Shown piece by piece: positions 10,470 to 18,769 of a stretch of 64,000 nt of DNA. A model generated the notes under the pieces. It ran no database searches. It was not told the DNA's origin and was given only the letters and a program-made list of their open reading frames with translations. Numbering within the stretch: position 1 is the stretch's first letter; the number at the start of each line of letters is the position of its first letter. Position numbers and translations under genes: made by a program. Origin of the DNA: Candidatus Thiovulum karukerense (lineage in GTDB: Bacteria; Campylobacterota; Campylobacteria; Campylobacterales; Thiovulaceae); the NCBI GenBank assembly GCA_024281215.1, contig JAMJTX010000134.1, positions 1,569-65,568 of the forward strand. Reading direction: 5' to 3'.

Positions 10470-10495
10470 TCTTATTCGGGATTAATCACCCGAAT
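10464..10495. repeat. Intergenic repeat family 1, right-half copy (AAATAGTCTTATT + hairpin ATTCGGG/CCCGAAT)
   Basis: The 13-nt AAATAGTCTTATT is identical to 25298-25310. A 7-bp hairpin sits at the same relative position, followed by AATCTC as in 34485-34490. Confidence 0.5.
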
Positions 10496-10504
10496 CTCTA
10501 TCTC

Positions 10505-10699
10505 TTATCTACGAACCCTACTTCGTGCTATCTGATCTTTAATGTTTTTATACTGGTCTCGTAGTTCATCTTTCTTTTTCAGGTGTTCATCACGATCTGG
10601 AAAACTATCTCCATCAACCTCTTCATCATACTCTACTTGCTCTAATTGGTAGCTTTCGTCAAAAACATAATCTTTAATATCTAGCTTTTTATCTGACAT
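10505..10699 (-). CDS. Small acidic hypothetical protein
   Basis: A GGAGA RBS precedes the ATG at 10699 (MSDKKLDIKDY...). The track start at 10720 (TTG) is less likely. Confidence 0.4.
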   Translation of the reverse strand: MSDKKLDIKDYVFDESYQLEQVEYDEEVDGDSFPDRDEHLKKKDELRDQYKNIKDQIARSRVRR

Positions 10700-10856
10700 A
10701 ATATCTCCGTAAAATAACAAAAAATCGATTTTAAGATTCTAATTAAAGAAAGCTTAAATGTTGTTTTGTTTTAAAATAGAGCAGATGGTTGGAAGTTAAA
10801 GCTATTTTTTAATAAAAAACGACTATTGTTCGACAATTATATTTTAAGGAGATAGA

Positions 10857-11996
10857 ATGAATGAAGAGTTAGTGAAATCAGCCCTCTCAAAAGTTATCTA
10901 TCCAGGTTTTCAGAAAGATATCGTATCTTTCGGCTTTGTGGATAAGATTGAGACAGATGGGTCAGATGTAACAGTAGAAATCACAGTTACATCATCGGCA
11001 AATGAGGTTGAGGAGCAGTTACGAAAAGATATCGATCTTGAACTTTCAAAAGCCGGTGCTGAAAAGGTGTTTATTAAAATCAATAAACCGGCTATTCCAA
11101 GAGAGACCTCATCAAAAGGTAAAAACATAGCTCCAAATGTGAAGAACTTTGTAATGGTAAGTTCTGGAAAAGGTGGAGTTGGAAAATCTACAACATCTGT
11201 CAATCTAGCTGTGGCTTTAGCTATGAAAGGGAAGAGAGTTGGTCTTTTAGATGCTGATATTTATGGTCCAAATATTCCTAGAATGTTAGGTGTTGAGAAA
11301 ATTAAACCTGAGGTTATTGGAAATAAAGTTAAACCTATTGAGGCTTATGGAATCGAAATGATCAGTATGGGTTCTCTTATGGGTGAGGGCGAAGCTCTTC
11401 TCTGGAGAGGTTCATTAATTATTAAAGCAATTCAGCAGTTCCTGACAGATATTCTATGGAGTGATTTAGATGTACTTGTTATCGATATGCCTCCAGGGAC
11501 TGGTGATGCTCAATTAACTCTTGCTCAATCTATTCCTGTTACAGCTGGTGTAACAGTTACAACTCCTCAAACAGTAGCTCTTGATGATGCAGAGAGAAGT
11601 TTAGCTATGCTGAAAAAACTCCATATACCTGTTGCTGGTATTGTTGAGAATATGAGTGGGTTTATCTGTCCAGAGACTGGAAAAGAGTATGACATCTTTG
11701 GAAAAGGGACAACTGACGAGTTAGCAAAAAAATATGATACTTTTATCTTGGCTGACCTACCTATCGATCCATCAATCCGAGTTGGTGGAGATAGTGGAAG
11801 TCCTATCACATATGCAAAACCAGATAGCGAAGTTGCAAAGAGATACCTTAAAGCTGTTGAAATCCTTTGGGGTGAGATTGAGAAAATCAATGAGCAGGGT
11901 ATCGCTAGTAATGAAGCTATTCAACCAACTTCTGGTGTCTCTGCTTGTTCAACAGGCGGTGGTTCGCACTCTTCTGGTAGTAGTTGTAGTTGCTAA
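10857..11996 (+). CDS. apbC: Fe-S cluster carrier ATPase Mrp/ApbC
   Basis: N-terminal MIP18-like domain; SGKGGVGKSTTSVNLA deviant Walker A; DMPPGTGD; ENMSGFICP. Cys/Ser-rich tail. Confidence 0.9.
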   Translation: MNEELVKSALSKVIYPGFQKDIVSFGFVDKIETDGSDVTVEITVTSSANEVEEQLRKDIDLELSKAGAEKVFIKINKPAIPRETSSKGKNIAPNVKNFVMVSSGKGGVGKSTTSVNLAVALAMKGKRVGLLDADIYGPNIPRMLGVEKIKPEVIGNKVKPIEAYGIEMISMGSLMGEGEALLWRGSLIIKAIQQFLTDILWSDLDVLVIDMPPGTGDAQLTLAQSIPVTAGVTVTTPQTVALDDAERSLAMLKKLHIPVAGIVENMSGFICPETGKEYDIFGKGTTDELAKKYDTFILADLPIDPSIRVGGDSGSPITYAKPDSEVAKRYLKAVEILWGEIEKINEQGIASNEAIQPTSGVSACSTGGGSHSSGSSCSC

Positions 11997-12000
11997 AAGG

Positions 12001-13029
12001 TTGAAACTTCTAATTTCGGCTCTTGAGCCATCTGCGAATCTCCATCTAAAAGAGATTTTAAGAAGTGAAGATTTTAGAGATATTGAGGTCTCTGGACTCT
12101 TCGACCCCTCTTTGGGGAGTCCCAACATCTCATCGACCGATTTTGGAGTAATGGGCATATTTTCAGTGATTCCAAAGCTTCTTAAGGCTAAAGAGAGTCT
12201 CAACAAAATGGTTGAGTTAGCAAAAGATAGCGATAAAATTCTTCTTATCGATGCACCTGCATTTAATCTGCCCCTTGCAAAAAATATAAAAGCTAAATAT
12301 CCAGATAAAGAGATTATCTACTATATCCTGCCAAAGGTTTGGGCTTGGAAACCAAAGAGAATAGAGGCAGTTAATAGATATATCGATAAGCAGATAGCCA
12401 TATTCCCATTTGAAAAAGATTACTATGGGAACTCGCTCTATTTTGGGAATCCGCTTCTAAGTGAATTAAAAAATTTGCGAAATGAGATTCAAAAAGATGG
12501 AGCAGTTGCATTTTTAGCTGGAAGTCGAAAGAGTGAGATAAAAAATCTTATGCCAACTTTTCGAGAGTTAGCAGGTAGGTTAGATGGTGAAAAGATTCTT
12601 GTTATTCCACCGCATCTTAGAGATTTATCGATATATGGAGATATTTCTGGGTTTACCATCTACCGAGATACTGAGACAGCTCTGGCAGATAGTCGGTTTG
12701 CATATATTTGTAGCGGTACAGCAACCCTTGAAGCTTCACTTATCGGAGTTCCGTTTGTTCTTGTATATAAGACTTCACCATTAGAGTTTGCTATTGGAAA
12801 AAGGTTTGTTAAACTGAAATATGTTGGTTTAGCTAATATTATATTTGAGAAGATGGGATTAAATATTGAGTTTCATAGGGAGTTTTTACAAAATTTCAAT
12901 ATTGATGAACTGCTAGAACTTTCAGAAAATATTGATTATGAGAGATTTCTAGAAAACTCAAAAAGACTGCAAGAGATTCTAAAAGGGTCTCCAGAAAAAG
13001 AGATTATAGAGATAATCAAAACACGGTAA
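12001..13029 (+). CDS. lpxB: Lipid-A-disaccharide synthase
   Basis: Homology starts at KLLISALEPSANLHLKEIL. TTG at 12001 is preceded by AAAAGG. The track ORF start at 11734 runs through the apbC 3' end and is spurious. Confidence 0.8.
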   Translation: MKLLISALEPSANLHLKEILRSEDFRDIEVSGLFDPSLGSPNISSTDFGVMGIFSVIPKLLKAKESLNKMVELAKDSDKILLIDAPAFNLPLAKNIKAKYPDKEIIYYILPKVWAWKPKRIEAVNRYIDKQIAIFPFEKDYYGNSLYFGNPLLSELKNLRNEIQKDGAVAFLAGSRKSEIKNLMPTFRELAGRLDGEKILVIPPHLRDLSIYGDISGFTIYRDTETALADSRFAYICSGTATLEASLIGVPFVLVYKTSPLEFAIGKRFVKLKYVGLANIIFEKMGLNIEFHREFLQNFNIDELLELSENIDYERFLENSKRLQEILKGSPEKEIIEIIKTR

Positions 13030-13050
13030 AAGTTTTCAACTATGACAAGA

Positions 13051-13069
13051 GTGGTGCAAAAAGCACCAC
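13051..13069. terminator. Hairpin GTGGTGC-AAAAA-GCACCAC between convergent lpxB and the lipoprotein gene
   Basis: Perfect 7-bp stem in a 52-bp convergent gap. Confidence 0.5.
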
Positions 13070-13081
13070 CGCATAAGAGTT

Positions 13082-14641
13082 CTACTCTTCAGAAGTTGCT
13101 GTGTCCTCGGAAGTTACAGGTGTTTCTGTTGCATTATCATCTTCAGAAGTTGCTGTATCCTCGGAAGTAATTACTCCACTATCACTAATACCTTTATTAA
13201 CGATTGCTTTTAAGTCACTGACAATGCTTGTTGTAACTTGTCCAAAACCAGTTTTCTGCTCATCGCTCATATTTGCCATTGCATCTGCAAATAGAACACC
13301 GAACATATAGGTAGGGTTTAAGTAACTTACATCAATTGAGTTGTTATTCTCGCCCATAACAATTGCCACTTCACACGGTAGAGCTGTTGCATGATGAACT
13401 CCTGTATCCATAGCCATTTTTGCATAAGTTGGAGAACAGAATTCAAAGACCTTTGTCCCACCAGGAATTGGAAGAGGATCATGTCTTGCAGTAACCCAAT
13501 CATAAGTAGATAAATTTAACTCTTTACCTTGATAGTATGTTGTTGTTGCATTTAAATCTGGATACTCTGTTTGACCATGAATTAATGCTGTATGAAGAAT
13601 CGACTCAGCAATATCATTGATATCTTCTTGAGTAAAAGTTTTATTCTCTTCTGGCTTAAGGTTCTCTACTAAGAATGGCTTTAAGTTTGTAAATAGATTC
13701 ATAAACTCATCAGATGAGATCTCTGCACCCATTCCAATATCTAATGTAGTTATCTCTTTGCTTTCAAGAGCAGAAGAGATCATTGTTTTAATCTGATTTT
13801 TCACATCAAGAGGCATAGATTGAAGTTGTTCCATCATCTCTGCCGGTGCATCTACAAAGAATAGAGAGAAGATAGCTTCTGGATCAAGAATATCAACATA
13901 TGTCTTATTACCATCACTATGAACAGCTATTTCACATGGTAGAGCTGGTGCATGATATGCTCCTGTTGCCATGGCCATACCTGCATACTCCTTATTACAG
14001 AGTTCCACAAGTTTAACTTTATTCCCATCACTAAGAGGCACACCGAGAACATCAGCTGTTACATCACTCTCCTCTCCAGCAACAACCCAGTTACTTGGAA
14101 AAGTTTTACCCTCTGTTCCATAAGATAGGTTTGTCTCATCAGTCTCATCGATATATTGAGCAATAAGAGTTGCGACTTCACCTACTGTTGTCCAGTTTCC
14201 ATCTAGCTCTGCAACTCTTAAGAACGGCTGTACAGAGTAAAGATCTTTCTCTGTTGCATTATCATCTTCAGAAGTTGCAGGTGTTTCTGTTGCATTGTCA
14301 TCTTCAGAAGTTGCAGGTGTCTCTGTTGCATTGTCATCTTCAGAAGTTGCAGGTGTTTCTGTTGCATTGTCATCTTCAGAAGTTGTCGGTGTCTCTGTTG
14401 CATTATCATCTTCAGAAGTTGTCGGTGTCTCTGTTGCATTATCATCTTCAGAAGTTGTCGGTGTCTCTGTTGCACTGTCATCTTCAGAAGTTGAAGGTGT
14501 CTCTGTTGCACTGTCATCTTCAGAAGTTGCAGGTGTCTCTGTTGTTGATGCAATTGGTTCATCATCATTACTTCCACAACCAGTTAAGTTTAGTGAAGCC
14601 AACATTGATATAGCAATAAGTGAGTATCTACTAAATTTCAT
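13082..14641 (-). CDS. Lipoprotein with acidic tandem repeats and two DUF302-like domains
   Basis: Lipobox LTGC. Eight 12-aa TETPxTSEDD(N/S)A repeats. Two internally homologous halves each carry C..YA.MAM.TG..HA.ALPCE(I/V)A(V/I) and a following ..DP/NP.. motif, resembling the DUF302 core. Confidence 0.65.
   Translation of the reverse strand: MKFSRYSLIAISMLASLNLTGCGSNDDEPIASTTETPATSEDDSATETPSTSEDDSATETPTTSEDDNATETPTTSEDDNATETPTTSEDDNATETPATSEDDNATETPATSEDDNATETPATSEDDNATEKDLYSVQPFLRVAELDGNWTTVGEVATLIAQYIDETDETNLSYGTEGKTFPSNWVVAGEESDVTADVLGVPLSDGNKVKLVELCNKEYAGMAMATGAYHAPALPCEIAVHSDGNKTYVDILDPEAIFSLFFVDAPAEMMEQLQSMPLDVKNQIKTMISSALESKEITTLDIGMGAEISSDEFMNLFTNLKPFLVENLKPEENKTFTQEDINDIAESILHTALIHGQTEYPDLNATTTYYQGKELNLSTYDWVTARHDPLPIPGGTKVFEFCSPTYAKMAMDTGVHHATALPCEVAIVMGENNNSIDVSYLNPTYMFGVLFADAMANMSDEQKTGFGQVTTSIVSDLKAIVNKGISDSGVITSEDTATSEDDNATETPVTSEDTATSEE
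14255..14542. repeat. 36-nt tandem repeat, 8 in-frame units (coding)
   Basis: The unit gttgcattRtcatcttcagaagttgYMggtgtYtct is repeated head-to-tail. Degenerate copies also lie at the gene's 3' end (about 13085-13165). Confidence 0.95.
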
Positions 14642-14760
14642 TTAATCCCCCTAGTATTTATAGTTCATAAAATATTATAGCTAAAAATAATACCTCTGTT
14701 TCAAAAAGCTTAAAGTAGATTTAAAGATAGTTATCATTCTCAGATTAATATGAAGCTGTG

Positions 14761-14769
14761 TGGTAAAAT
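14761..14769 (+). promoter_or_regulatory. Candidate extended -10 element (TGgTAAAAT) for the parA-like operon
   Basis: TGnTAAAAT lies 28 nt upstream of the ATG at 14797. No experimental support. Confidence 0.3.
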
Positions 14770-14796
14770 TTCCCTATATTGAATGATGGAGAGAGT

Positions 14797-15600
14797 ATGA
14801 GTAAGATAGTAATTCTAAATGCAAAAGGTGGGGTTGGAAAATCAACAATCTCAATGCAAGTTGTTGTCCCCTATCTATATACAAGAAGTGGAAACAAGAT
14901 GATAAATTATTATGAGTTTGATGATGAGAATGAGGATAGCAAGTCATTTATCAACTCAAAACTTGTAAATTCACAACAGATAAAAGTTACAGAGAGTAAT
15001 CTGCGAGATGTAATTACAGATATTGTATTGCGAGATGAACCTATGTGTGTTGATGTAGGAGCGAATAAGACAACAACTTACTTTATGACATCTCTTATAG
15101 ATAGCGGTATGATTGATGCTATTGATATGATTGTGATTCCACTGTCTGATGGAGAACTTGACTCAATTAATGCTATTGAACTCTACTATAAAATTAAAGA
15201 GAGTGGAAGTGATGTAAAAGTTCTATTTATTCTTAATAGATATAACGAACTCCGAGATATTCATTCACAATTTGATATTTTCCTCGGCGACAAAAGAGGG
15301 TTCTTTGATACTCAAGGCTTTATCGAGAATGTTCTTGAAAAAGATAGAAACTATGTAACTCTTGCAGATAGCGATGCTATTAAATATTGCCGAAGTTTCG
15401 GAACAACAGTTTGGGAACTTGCACACCTTGATAGAGACCTTGCTGGACAACTTCGAGAGGCTATAAAAGAGAAGAGAGATAAGCAGGAGATTAAACTTCT
15501 ATCTTTCAAGAAAGCTCTTAAAGGGGATTGCGAACTATTTACAGAGAAGAGTCTTGACCCTATTTTTGAGAGAATCGATAATCTACTCGATAGAGATTAG
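14797..15600 (+). CDS. ParA/MinD-superfamily ATPase (orphan, ParA-like)
   Basis: KIVILNAKGGVGKSTIS deviant Walker A and VDVGANKTT. A GGAGAG RBS precedes the ATG at 14797, so the track start at 14779 (TTG) is probably too early. Confidence 0.7.
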   Translation: MSKIVILNAKGGVGKSTISMQVVVPYLYTRSGNKMINYYEFDDENEDSKSFINSKLVNSQQIKVTESNLRDVITDIVLRDEPMCVDVGANKTTTYFMTSLIDSGMIDAIDMIVIPLSDGELDSINAIELYYKIKESGSDVKVLFILNRYNELRDIHSQFDIFLGDKRGFFDTQGFIENVLEKDRNYVTLADSDAIKYCRSFGTTVWELAHLDRDLAGQLREAIKEKRDKQEIKLLSFKKALKGDCELFTEKSLDPIFERIDNLLDRD

Positions 15601-15602
15601 TC

Positions 15603-16961
15603 ATGGAGAGTAGAAAAACCAGATTTACAAGGTGGGGGTTTATCTTCGCCACTGTTGGAAGTGCTGTTGGTCTTGGAAATATATGGAAATTCCCATATAT
15701 CACAGGTGAGTATGGTGGAGGGGCATTTGTTCTTGTCTATCTCTTAACAATTATGTTTGTCGGTATATCAATCCTGATTGCAGAGATGTTTCTTGGAAAT
15801 TACGGAAAGAGTGATGCTGTATCAACATTTGAGATGATTGGAAACGAACTTCCAGAGAAAAAACCATCGATGAGGTACTTAGGGTTTATGACCTTTAATG
15901 GTCTCATTATTATGACATTCTATTCAGTTGTTATCGGTTGGATCTTCTACTATATCTACTCTGCAATCAATGGATTACCAACAACTGTGAGTGAAGCTGA
16001 AACTGAGTTCTCAACTTTAATTGGTGAAAATATATGGACTCAGATATTTTTCCATACATTTGCAACTTTAACTATTCTCCACTTTGTTAATGGTGGTATC
16101 AAAAAGGGGATTGAGAAATTAAATAATCTACTTATTCCATCTCTTCTGGTAATTATGGTTGGACTTCTAATCTACTCAATGACTCTTCCAGCATTTGGTG
16201 ACTCATTTAAATTTCTCTTCTATCCAGAGTGGGATAAACTAAGTTCTGAAGCATTTATTCGAGCTGTTGGACACTCATTTTTTACATTATCTCTTGGAAT
16301 GGGAGCAATTATCACCTATTCAGCTTCTGTGCCAAACAGTATTAACCTAACAAAGTCAGCACTAACTGTTGGATTCTTTGATACAGTTATAGCTCTGGTT
16401 GCTGGACTGGTTATATTTACATTCCTATTTCAGTATGGTGAAGAGCCATCAAAGGGTGCTGGACTGGTGTTTATATCAATGCCTGTGATCTTCTCTCAGA
16501 TGGGTGAGATAGGCTCAGTAATATCTGTTCTATTTCTATCAGCTCTAGCGATGGCAGGATTAACTTCGGCTGTATCACTTGTTGAACCAGCTGTTCTATA
16601 TGTTATCAATAGATTCAATATGAGTAGATTTAGAGCAACTATCTCTATGGGATTCGTCTATTGGCTGATTGGAATATTTGCAATTCTCTCATATTCAACA
16701 ACTTATGGTGAAACATTTTCACTCTTTGGAAAGCCGATATTTGACATTCTTGAGACAACAACAGATTCACTTCTATTACCACTGTCTGGAATCTTTATAG
16801 CTCTTGTAACAGGTTATGCGATTAGAAAGGTTGATCTGAAAAAACTTCAGATTGAGATGGGTGATGTGATGTTTAGAGTCTGGTACTTCTCTATAAGAGT
16901 TATCTCACCAATAGCTGTTCTCTTTTTAATGTTGAATCTCTTTGGAGTGATTGAGCTTTAA
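15603..16961 (+). CDS. Sodium-dependent transporter, neurotransmitter:sodium symporter (NSS/SNF) family
   Basis: RWGFIFATVGSAVGLGNIWKFPY signature, multi-TM, 452 aa. Confidence 0.85.
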   Translation: MESRKTRFTRWGFIFATVGSAVGLGNIWKFPYITGEYGGGAFVLVYLLTIMFVGISILIAEMFLGNYGKSDAVSTFEMIGNELPEKKPSMRYLGFMTFNGLIIMTFYSVVIGWIFYYIYSAINGLPTTVSEAETEFSTLIGENIWTQIFFHTFATLTILHFVNGGIKKGIEKLNNLLIPSLLVIMVGLLIYSMTLPAFGDSFKFLFYPEWDKLSSEAFIRAVGHSFFTLSLGMGAIITYSASVPNSINLTKSALTVGFFDTVIALVAGLVIFTFLFQYGEEPSKGAGLVFISMPVIFSQMGEIGSVISVLFLSALAMAGLTSAVSLVEPAVLYVINRFNMSRFRATISMGFVYWLIGIFAILSYSTTYGETFSLFGKPIFDILETTTDSLLLPLSGIFIALVTGYAIRKVDLKKLQIEMGDVMFRVWYFSIRVISPIAVLFLMLNLFGVIEL

Positions 16962-18085
16962 TGTTAAAGAGTTTAAAATATAAGGGAGGAGAGCGGCTAA
17001 GTCGTTGGTCTATCTTTTTCCTACTTATCTTAGATGTTTTTGTTTTTACTATTATTGAGTATGGGGTATCTTTCCAAAAAGATATAGTTACTAATCCAAG
17101 AGTTGAATACCCTTATGAGTGTAGAAAACTAACAGAGAGTGAAAATCCTGATCTATATAGCGGTAGTACCTATCAACTTAACTATATTAATAAAAGTGAG
17201 CTAAGTTCAGAGTGTCGAGAGATTCTTCAACTCTCGCAATCTGTCATAAATGATTCTGAGATTACAGAGACAAAATCAAAGATATATACGACAAAACAAG
17301 AGATTACAGATTTAAAAACGAAGTTAAACAGTAGCTACAAACATTATGATACATCTCTTCTGGAGACAATAGCGGATCGAGATAAGAATAGATCGATTAA
17401 ATTAAAAAAACTGATAACTCAATATGAGTTGAAATTAAAAAATAGAAGAGAGTTACTTAAAGATTACGAGAGGCTTTTAGAACTCAATTCTAATGTTGTT
17501 GAGTTGCGAAACTATCTTCAGAAGAGCAGAGATAAAGTTAATGCAGATTACGAAACAGCACTTAAATATTATCAAGTTGAGATGTATGCAGTCTCTCTCC
17601 TATTTATAATACCAGTTGTTGCTATTTTTTATAACCAGATGAAAAGACGATTAGAGAGAGATGAGTATCTGAAATACACTCTCTATAAACACCTCTTCTT
17701 TACATCTCTGATTCCTCTATTTTTAACTATATTCTCAATTATCTACAACTATCTTCCAAGAGTATTGATTAATGCTCTGATTGAACTCTTCTATAAACTT
17801 CACTTAACATTTCTTCTCTATTATATATTGATGGGAATAGGTGTATTTACTATATATTTCCTTGTGAAATATATTCAAAATAGAAAGATACAAAGATATA
17901 GAAGTAGTAATATCTCATCTATTGAGAGTTACCAAAAGAGCGAGTGTTCTGAATGTGGCAACAGAGTCAATTACGAGAGTATGAACTTCTGTCCATACTG
18001 CTCAAACAGTCTAAAGAGCAGATGTGAATGTGGTGGTATGAAAATAGATATACTCAATTTCTGTCCAGAGTGCGGAAAGGGCTAG
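16961..18085 (+). CDS. Membrane protein with coiled-coil region and C-terminal double zinc ribbon
   Basis: N-terminal TM, K/E-rich heptad-like middle, then 3 TM. The C-terminus is CSECGN..FCPYCSN...CECGG..FCPECG. Its start overlaps the upstream stop (TAATG). Confidence 0.55.
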   Translation: MLKSLKYKGGERLSRWSIFFLLILDVFVFTIIEYGVSFQKDIVTNPRVEYPYECRKLTESENPDLYSGSTYQLNYINKSELSSECREILQLSQSVINDSEITETKSKIYTTKQEITDLKTKLNSSYKHYDTSLLETIADRDKNRSIKLKKLITQYELKLKNRRELLKDYERLLELNSNVVELRNYLQKSRDKVNADYETALKYYQVEMYAVSLLFIIPVVAIFYNQMKRRLERDEYLKYTLYKHLFFTSLIPLFLTIFSIIYNYLPRVLINALIELFYKLHLTFLLYYILMGIGVFTIYFLVKYIQNRKIQRYRSSNISSIESYQKSECSECGNRVNYESMNFCPYCSNSLKSRCECGGMKIDILNFCPECGKG

Positions 18086-18765
18086 AATTTTCTTGAAAAG
18101 GCTAGAATTGTAAAGCTTTTACGACGACTATCCACAATTGGACTACCTACAATCTCATCTCCCAAAAAAGTCTCTTTATGCATCAGGGAGATTGAGTATT
18201 TATCACTTAAATTATAGATAAACATAAAACCAGCAAAGCTATTAAAGTCTCCATTGGGATGATATTCAGACTCTCCTCTCTCATAACTCTTTACACCATA
18301 ATAGTAGTTATTGAACTCTCTACTTTGATACTCCACTCCAAAAAATGGAATAGTTATAAAAGGGTAGTTGATGTATGGACGGCTAATTTTAAAAGCTGTA
18401 TGATAGCTATCATATACAGATAGAGCATCATGGAGATATTTCATCTCAAAGATAATTGCATCTTCTGTTCGATAACCAATTTTAAAACCTATCTCGGCTG
18501 TCATATTTCGGCTATCCATTTCACTGATTTCGTGAGATAGAAATAGAGGTTGAGCAATTATAGAAAATCCATGATGAAATTTATATCCAACCTCTACACC
18601 TCTTATATAGGCTTTATCGTGTTGATAACTTAAAAATGGAATAACAACTCTATTGTTGTTATTCTCTATATAAGGGGAGTCAGAGAGAAGTACTCCAACT
18701 CCAAAAGAGTTTTGGTGAGCCATTAAACTATATATGAAAATAGATATTAAAACAGCTACTCGCAA
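18082..18765 (-). CDS. MipA/OmpV-family outer-membrane protein
   Basis: Signal peptide, alternating beta-strand pattern, terminal F, and Y/G-rich motifs similar to MltA-interacting MipA. Confidence 0.55.
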   Translation of the reverse strand: MRVAVLISIFIYSLMAHQNSFGVGVLLSDSPYIENNNNRVVIPFLSYQHDKAYIRGVEVGYKFHHGFSIIAQPLFLSHEISEMDSRNMTAEIGFKIGYRTEDAIIFEMKYLHDALSVYDSYHTAFKISRPYINYPFITIPFFGVEYQSREFNNYYYGVKSYERGESEYHPNGDFNSFAGFMFIYNLSDKYSISLMHKETFLGDEIVGSPIVDSRRKSFTILAFSRKF

Positions 18766-18769
18766 TGTA

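Noticed and set aside
11734-12000. The long N-terminal extension of the lpxB ORF (track start 11734), overlapping the apbC 3' end in another frame.
   Set aside because: LpxB homology begins at KLLISALEPSANLH. A TTG with an RBS sits at 12001, right after the apbC stop, and the extension has no LpxB-like sequence.
14170-14645. Three long ORFs in other frames or on the other strand (14170-14613 +, 14218-14577 -, 14295-14645 +), plus a CRISPR-like regular periodicity.
   Set aside because: All arise from the 36-nt in-frame coding repeat of the lipoprotein gene. The units are contiguous with no unique spacers, so this is not a CRISPR array. The alternative frames give monotonous low-complexity peptides.
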